DNA of 64,000 bases from Myxococcota bacterium (GTDB taxonomy: Bacteria > Myxococcota_A > SURF-8), in contig OZ223209.1 in the NCBI GenBank assembly GCA_965140415.1, positions 2,720,001 to 2,784,000 on the forward strand, in the 5' to 3' direction. The position numbers and the translations under genes are program-made. Within the stretch, counting starts at the first letter, position 1, and the number at the start of each line of letters is the position of its first letter. The notes under the pieces are model-generated. The model saw only the letters and a program-made list of their open reading frames with translations, did not search any database and was not told where the DNA came from. Below are positions 59,415-64,000 of this stretch, piece after piece.

Positions 59415-61472
59415 TCAGGTAACGAGAAGCTGAAGCGCCGTTTCCGGCTGGACTTCCTCCTCCCGCATGCCGATTGCCTCCAGCGCGCTGCGCTGAATGC
59501 AGATCAGGCGGGCGGGAACGCCCTGCACGCGTACGTTTTTCTCCAGGCGGCGGCGGTCGCCATCGACCGCCAGCCAGTCCCGGTCTCGCCAGCTGCGAAG
59601 GACGGCTTCGGCTTCGTAACCGAGGTGAGAGAGCTCGCGTTTCAGTACATGCGGATAGATGCCCAGATGCGGCCAGGCCTGCTTTTGCCCGTTGAGGCGA
59701 TCCGTATCCCAGCGACCGAGGCAGCCCTTGTTTCCGAACAGCGGCTTGCCCGTGCGATCCGTGCGATGTCGCCCCCAGAACGCCGTTTCATGCCCCTGCG
59801 CCCAGTGGGCGATGTCGCGCAGAGCGTCGGCTGGATCGTTTTTCTCCTCCAAGCTGCCGACGATCTCCGGCCACAAAGTGGCGATGTCCTCTTCGTAGCT
59901 CCAGTCGAGGTCAATCACCTCACGCAACTGGAGCGCCACAAAGTGATGCAACGCGAAAAAAGCCGCGATGCGCTGGGCCAGCGGGTTGTCCTCTGCCTGC
60001 TCGACGTAATCATCGAGAATCGCCTCGTACTGCTCGCGCCAGATTCCCCATGAATCACGGTTCGTCATCACGTAAGAAACAACATTTGGCCCTAGAAAAC
60101 CGTAGTTGCGCTCGACGAGCCGATTGATCTTGCGAACGATCTTGCCAGTTTCATCATTAGCCTCGCCGAACGGGCTGCCCCACATCTGCAGCACCCGACC
60201 GCATGCACCTCCGTCCTTGTTGGAAAACGACGTGATCGGCGCTTCACCGCTGGACAGCAGAACCGTTCGCGATGTCCGAACGGCTTTGGCGCCATGCCAC
60301 GCGCCGCGGGCGCGCCCTCGTCCCGAGTGCACGCGATAGATCATCTTCGAGACTGCAGTTTTCGATCCGGCTTTCTTGGTGTCGTCCAGAATCAACGGCA
60401 CATCCTGTACCGCTCCGATGGCCGCGCCGAAATAGACACTCGTTCCATCCCAGCTGGACACGACCGAATCCGAATCTCGTTCTGTCGGATTGCCCCACAC
60501 GCTGCCGCCGAACTTCAGAGTCGTCGTTTTCCCCGCACTCGTCTCACCGGCGAAATCCACCGTATGGTTTGGCACATCCAAAATGCCGAGGAACGGCGTG
60601 GATGCGGCAACGACCAGCCCCAGCATCACCTTGGGATATGCCGTGGCCAGGCTCACCGCCTCCGTCCACCGCTCATATGATCCACGAGGTTTGAACGCGC
60701 CGGCGATTTGCGCGGTGCCGGGATCGTTGCAGCGGAAAATTGCTTCCCTACGCTCCCAGAACTGAAGGCCTCGCCCCTCCTGGCGGCTGACATCGAGCAC
60801 TTCACCGTCCACCGCAATGGTCGTGCCACCCAGCACAAAACCATGTTCGCCATGCTCTCCATGCATCCCGAGGCGGCTGCTAACATTTACAATGGGTAAC
60901 AGATCCTCGTTGGTGATTTCGAACCGGTGCAGGTATTCGTTCACCTCCGGCAACTTCTGGCGACTGAGCGGCAAGCCGTTATTTGCCTCCTTCATCAGCG
61001 ACGAACTGAAGGCCTCCTTGCGTGGCAGCACCGTTGATTTCCACTCACCGCGCCATTTCCAGACGACCAGCAGGCTGTATTCGCCCAACTCCATGTCGAA
61101 AACGAAGCCGATGACCAGAACTGGATTGGCGGTGATATGCCGAACCACGTAAATACCGCCTTTTTCCTCCAGCCTGTTTATCCCTTTGGGGAAATACGGG
61201 CTCGTCTCAGCCTGGATGAAATACCCGCGCGGCATGGATAGATCCGCCGTCACCGGTGCATCGGGTAGCGGATCCAGGATGCTGTGGCCTGGGCCACTCA
61301 CAATTGCCTGGATCCGGGCGATCACTGCCTCTTCCTGAACCATCACCATCTGACCATGCAGGTCGAGTTCCATCGGCGGATCCGCCTCCATGTTATGGTT
61401 TTCGGGGCTCTCGGACACTTCGGCGGCCTCAACGACCGCCATCTCCGTGCCCACACTCTCTTCGTATTCCAT
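59415..61472 (-). CDS. DUF927-domain replicative helicase-like ATPase (Cch-like)
   Basis: GETSAGKTT Walker A, SVWGNP, PLILDD, GRGRARG, LSSGE, NYG; C-terminal winged-helix-like region. Confidence 0.85.
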   Translation of the reverse strand: MEYEESVGTEMAVVEAAEVSESPENHNMEADPPMELDLHGQMVMVQEEAVIARIQAIVSGPGHSILDPLPDAPVTADLSMPRGYFIQAETSPYFPKGINRLEEKGGIYVVRHITANPVLVIGFVFDMELGEYSLLVVWKWRGEWKSTVLPRKEAFSSSLMKEANNGLPLSRQKLPEVNEYLHRFEITNEDLLPIVNVSSRLGMHGEHGEHGFVLGGTTIAVDGEVLDVSRQEGRGLQFWERREAIFRCNDPGTAQIAGAFKPRGSYERWTEAVSLATAYPKVMLGLVVAASTPFLGILDVPNHTVDFAGETSAGKTTTLKFGGSVWGNPTERDSDSVVSSWDGTSVYFGAAIGAVQDVPLILDDTKKAGSKTAVSKMIYRVHSGRGRARGAWHGAKAVRTSRTVLLSSGEAPITSFSNKDGGACGRVLQMWGSPFGEANDETGKIVRKINRLVERNYGFLGPNVVSYVMTNRDSWGIWREQYEAILDDYVEQAEDNPLAQRIAAFFALHHFVALQLREVIDLDWSYEEDIATLWPEIVGSLEEKNDPADALRDIAHWAQGHETAFWGRHRTDRTGKPLFGNKGCLGRWDTDRLNGQKQAWPHLGIYPHVLKRELSHLGYEAEAVLRSWRDRDWLAVDGDRRRLEKNVRVQGVPARLICIQRSALEAIGMREEEVQPETALQLLVT

Positions 61473-61560
61473 TTTGCTTTTCCTCCTTAGATTATTGGTA
61501 TAATTTGTTCTTCACGACTCCACCGAATATTCAATTGTCAACGAACTGCCATTTCTAGGG

Positions 61561-61576
61561 AGCAAAGACCGCGCCA
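61561..61576 (-). promoter_or_regulatory. Putative sigma-54 promoter for the DUF927 gene
   Basis: TGGCGC-GGTCT-TTGCT; TTGGCAAC and TTGGAAAG at 61654 and 61675. Confidence 0.7.
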
Positions 61577-61996
61577 AAACATCGACGCCGTAACTAGCTG
61601 GAATTACGTGACTATATTGGAATAGAATTACGGATATGGCTTAGGTATGGCGTTTGGCAACGATCCAGACGGATTTGGAAAGAATCCTTGGCTTTGGGGA
61701 AACCATGGGTTATCTGCGTATTGAAGGGGTCGGAAGGTAAAAAAGCTGAAGGCTACTGACTTACCCGCAATGGACAGACAAGAAGTGATGATCGAGCTGG
61801 TCAACTTGTCGCTGTCGCCTAGCGGGCACGTTCTTGGTGATCTGCCAGTCCAGGAGCGTGGGCTACGACGTTTTTAATAACCACGCTGAAACATAGTGGC
61901 AACAGAAGGATCCGTCAAAATGGGTGTAAAAACAGCACGATAGAAGATTCATCTCGTTGCCACTTTGGAAGAGTTGAATATTGGAAGGCGGCGCTC

Positions 61997-63028
61997 TCAT
62001 CCTCGAAGCTTGTAATGCGTGTTCTTTCCCTTGCCGTGGCGCTCTATGAAACCGAGTTCGATCAGCTTCTTGAAATCCAGGGCGCGAGTAGCCTTGGCGC
62101 GCTCGGTCAGGGTGGCGTAGTCCCGATCCGTGATGAAGCCGTGTTCGTCGATGTGGCGTAGGATCGCTTCATGGTGAGGTTGTAGGCGGGTTTCGGGCGT
62201 GGCGGAAAGACTGGCCAACTCTCCTCGAACACGCAGCAGTTCGTCCAGGATGCCGTCCGCGAAGTATTCGAGCCAACTCGTGAAATCGACAGCATTCTTT
62301 AGCTCGTTGTAGTCCCCAATCAGCCCCACCCGTTCGAAGTAGCGGCTGATGTTGCGGTTGTAGTAGTTCTCGAAGCTGAAAAGCGGGAAGGTGTCGATGC
62401 CCATAGCGGCCAGCAGCACTTTGGTCGCCAGACGCGCCGTGCGCCCGTTGCCATCGGTAAAGGGATGAATGATGACGAACTGTTTGTGAAAAAGGCCGGC
62501 AAGGATGAGCGGGTCCAGTTCCTTGCGGCTGGCCTGTACGAATGACACCAGGTTGTCCATGAGCGTCGCAACGTCCTTGTGGTCGGGCGTCAGGTAGATC
62601 ACATCGCCGGTGGTCGGATTGTGCACCACGACCGGCTCGGCGCGCAGGCGACCACAATGGTAGGATTCCTGTAAACCGTCCATCACCCGCTTGTGGATAT
62701 CGAGAATGAGTTGGGTCGAGAACTTGGTGTGGCTTTTTCGCAGCTTTCCATCCAGATGTTTGAGGGCGGCGTTGTAGTTGACGACCTCCCGCTCGCTCTC
62801 GCGCAGATTCTTCGGCGTGGATTTCAGGATCCGCTTCACTTCGGTCAATGGCAAGGGATTGCCCTCGATTCGCGTGGAAGCATGGGCGGAAAGCGCCTGG
62901 GCCCGTTGCTCAAGCTCCATCAGGACGACATCGGAGACAGAATGCCGATTCAACTCGGCGATCAGGACGGCAACGCGCTTGATGGTTGAAAGCAGATTGG
63001 GCGTGATGGTGTAGATGGGCTCGAACAT
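61997..63028 (-). CDS. Fic-family protein with C-terminal winged helix
   Basis: HPFTDGNGRTAR; STRIEGN inhibitory helix. Confidence 0.93.
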   Translation of the reverse strand: MFEPIYTITPNLLSTIKRVAVLIAELNRHSVSDVVLMELEQRAQALSAHASTRIEGNPLPLTEVKRILKSTPKNLRESEREVVNYNAALKHLDGKLRKSHTKFSTQLILDIHKRVMDGLQESYHCGRLRAEPVVVHNPTTGDVIYLTPDHKDVATLMDNLVSFVQASRKELDPLILAGLFHKQFVIIHPFTDGNGRTARLATKVLLAAMGIDTFPLFSFENYYNRNISRYFERVGLIGDYNELKNAVDFTSWLEYFADGILDELLRVRGELASLSATPETRLQPHHEAILRHIDEHGFITDRDYATLTERAKATRALDFKKLIELGFIERHGKGKNTHYKLRG

Positions 63029-63225
63029 TGCGGCGGCTCCAATGTAATCTCTATAGACGAATAATAGACGAATATTGGACGAATGGCAAGGTGATTCTGC
63101 TCCCCTGATGAACGAAGCAGTTATGTCAGATTAGAATAAAGACATCTATCTGCACTTGCCTTATGAGTATTATTGCAGTACACTGCATTTAAAGATCATG
63201 TTTAATTGCAGTGGAGTCCACAATT

Positions 63226-64000
63226 ATGCCGGTTATTGACGAAAGCGAACTTCTTCAGGTTATGCAGGGAATGAATCCCTGGTGGCGCAACCCGGCCTTC
63301 AAGTCATTCCCCAAAAAGCGTGCCGCGTACGGTCAGGTCGAGCGCATCTTTTTCAAAACCGACCTGAAACGCGCCTGCGTGCTCTCCGGTCCCCGCCGGG
63401 TCGGAAAGACGGTCATTCTGCATCAGCTTGCTGAAGAGCTGCTCAAGCAGGGCCGTGACCCAAAGGAAATCCTGTATTTATCCCTTGACCATACGATCCT
63501 CAAACAGGAGCGCTTCGACCGGCTGCTGGAGATATACCGCCAGAACATCCACCCGGGCGGCGGTCCAGCGGCCTTACTCTTGGATGAGATCCAATTCCTC
63601 GACGACTGGCCGACCTGGCTTAAGATGACGGTGGATTTCTCTCCCGAATACCGGATCGTAGCAACGGGTTCGGCGGCCATCGAGATCGCCAGTGGCTACG
63701 AGGAATCCGCCGCCGGTCGCCTTCGCCTTCTGCGAGCACCCACGCTTTCATTTTACGAATACCTGTTGCTGGGCGACAAACCAACTCCGGAACTGGCTTC
63801 CTTCACCGGCATGGAAGAGATAGCACGCTTGGACAAGCCGGAACGCAATCGGCTCATGCTCGATACGCTCTCCGTCCAGGAGCATTTCCATGATTATTTG
63901 CTCATGGGTGGCTTCCCTCAATCGGGTGGTGAAAGCGACCTGGCTGAGGTGCAGCTTTCCATCCGCGACGATGTGGTCAATCGCGTACTCAAGCACGACA
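63226..64000 (+). CDS. AAA_14/DUF4143-type ATPase, partial
   Basis: Manual translation MPVIDESELL...NPWW...SGPRRVGKT...LLDEIQ...TGS...ESAAGR...MGGFP; runs off the window. Confidence 0.88.
   Translation, partial: MPVIDESELLQVMQGMNPWWRNPAFKSFPKKRAAYGQVERIFFKTDLKRACVLSGPRRVGKTVILHQLAEELLKQGRDPKEILYLSLDHTILKQERFDRLLEIYRQNIHPGGGPAALLLDEIQFLDDWPTWLKMTVDFSPEYRIVATGSAAIEIASGYEESAAGRLRLLRAPTLSFYEYLLLGDKPTPELASFTGMEEIARLDKPERNRLMLDTLSVQEHFHDYLLMGGFPQSGGESDLAEVQLSIRDDVVNRVLKHD

Larger units (their letters stand above)
2432..61700. mobile_element. Large integrative element/genomic island at tRNA-Ala; right boundary not identified
   Basis: Integrase next to the tRNA 3' end, Xis-like gene, replication module, IS debris, and shared promoter motifs linking the 4.2 kb and 59-61.7 kb regions. 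Confidence 0.75.

Noticed and set aside
2432-64000. attR copy of the tRNA-Ala 3' end
   Set aside because: Not found by eye; it may lie outside the window, and an exact search is needed.

Overview
The first 2.4 kb looks like host chromosome: a partial dolichol/phytol-kinase-family gene, a zinc-ribbon/FHA gene and tRNA-Ala(GGC). Directly behind the tRNA starts a large integrative element that appears to run to at least ~61.7 kb; no attR was seen. A MYXO-CTERM-like tail and DGD-rich lipoproteins suggest a deltaproteobacterial/Myxococcota-like host. The element's minus-strand backbone has a tyrosine integrase, an Xis-like gene, an atypical sigma-54-type AAA+ regulator, a DUF927 helicase/SSB-like/family-A DNA polymerase replication module and a sigma-like factor. 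It also has a complete ubiquitin-like conjugation set: a Ubl ending GG-VVVNQ, a large E2-like protein, a JAB peptidase and two ThiF/E1 copies. Each E1 copy sits in a duplicated 'PAS kinase - conserved promoter - DUF2958 - variable cargo - E1 - small ORFs - conserved 64-bp end' module. Three sigma-54 -24/-12 promoters, each with TTGGAAAG-type repeats spaced 21 bp apart about 70-80 bp upstream, precede xis-int and both replication units, and the same repeats precede the AAA+ gene. Cargo includes a caspase-WD40/DUF4384/CsgG-like cluster, a sialidase, a two-component system, a BLUF/lipocalin/chlorophyllase-like/phytol-kinase-like cluster, CheBR/PAS signalling genes, one intact IS5 and several IS remnants. 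All calls come from reading motifs by eye; no searches were run.
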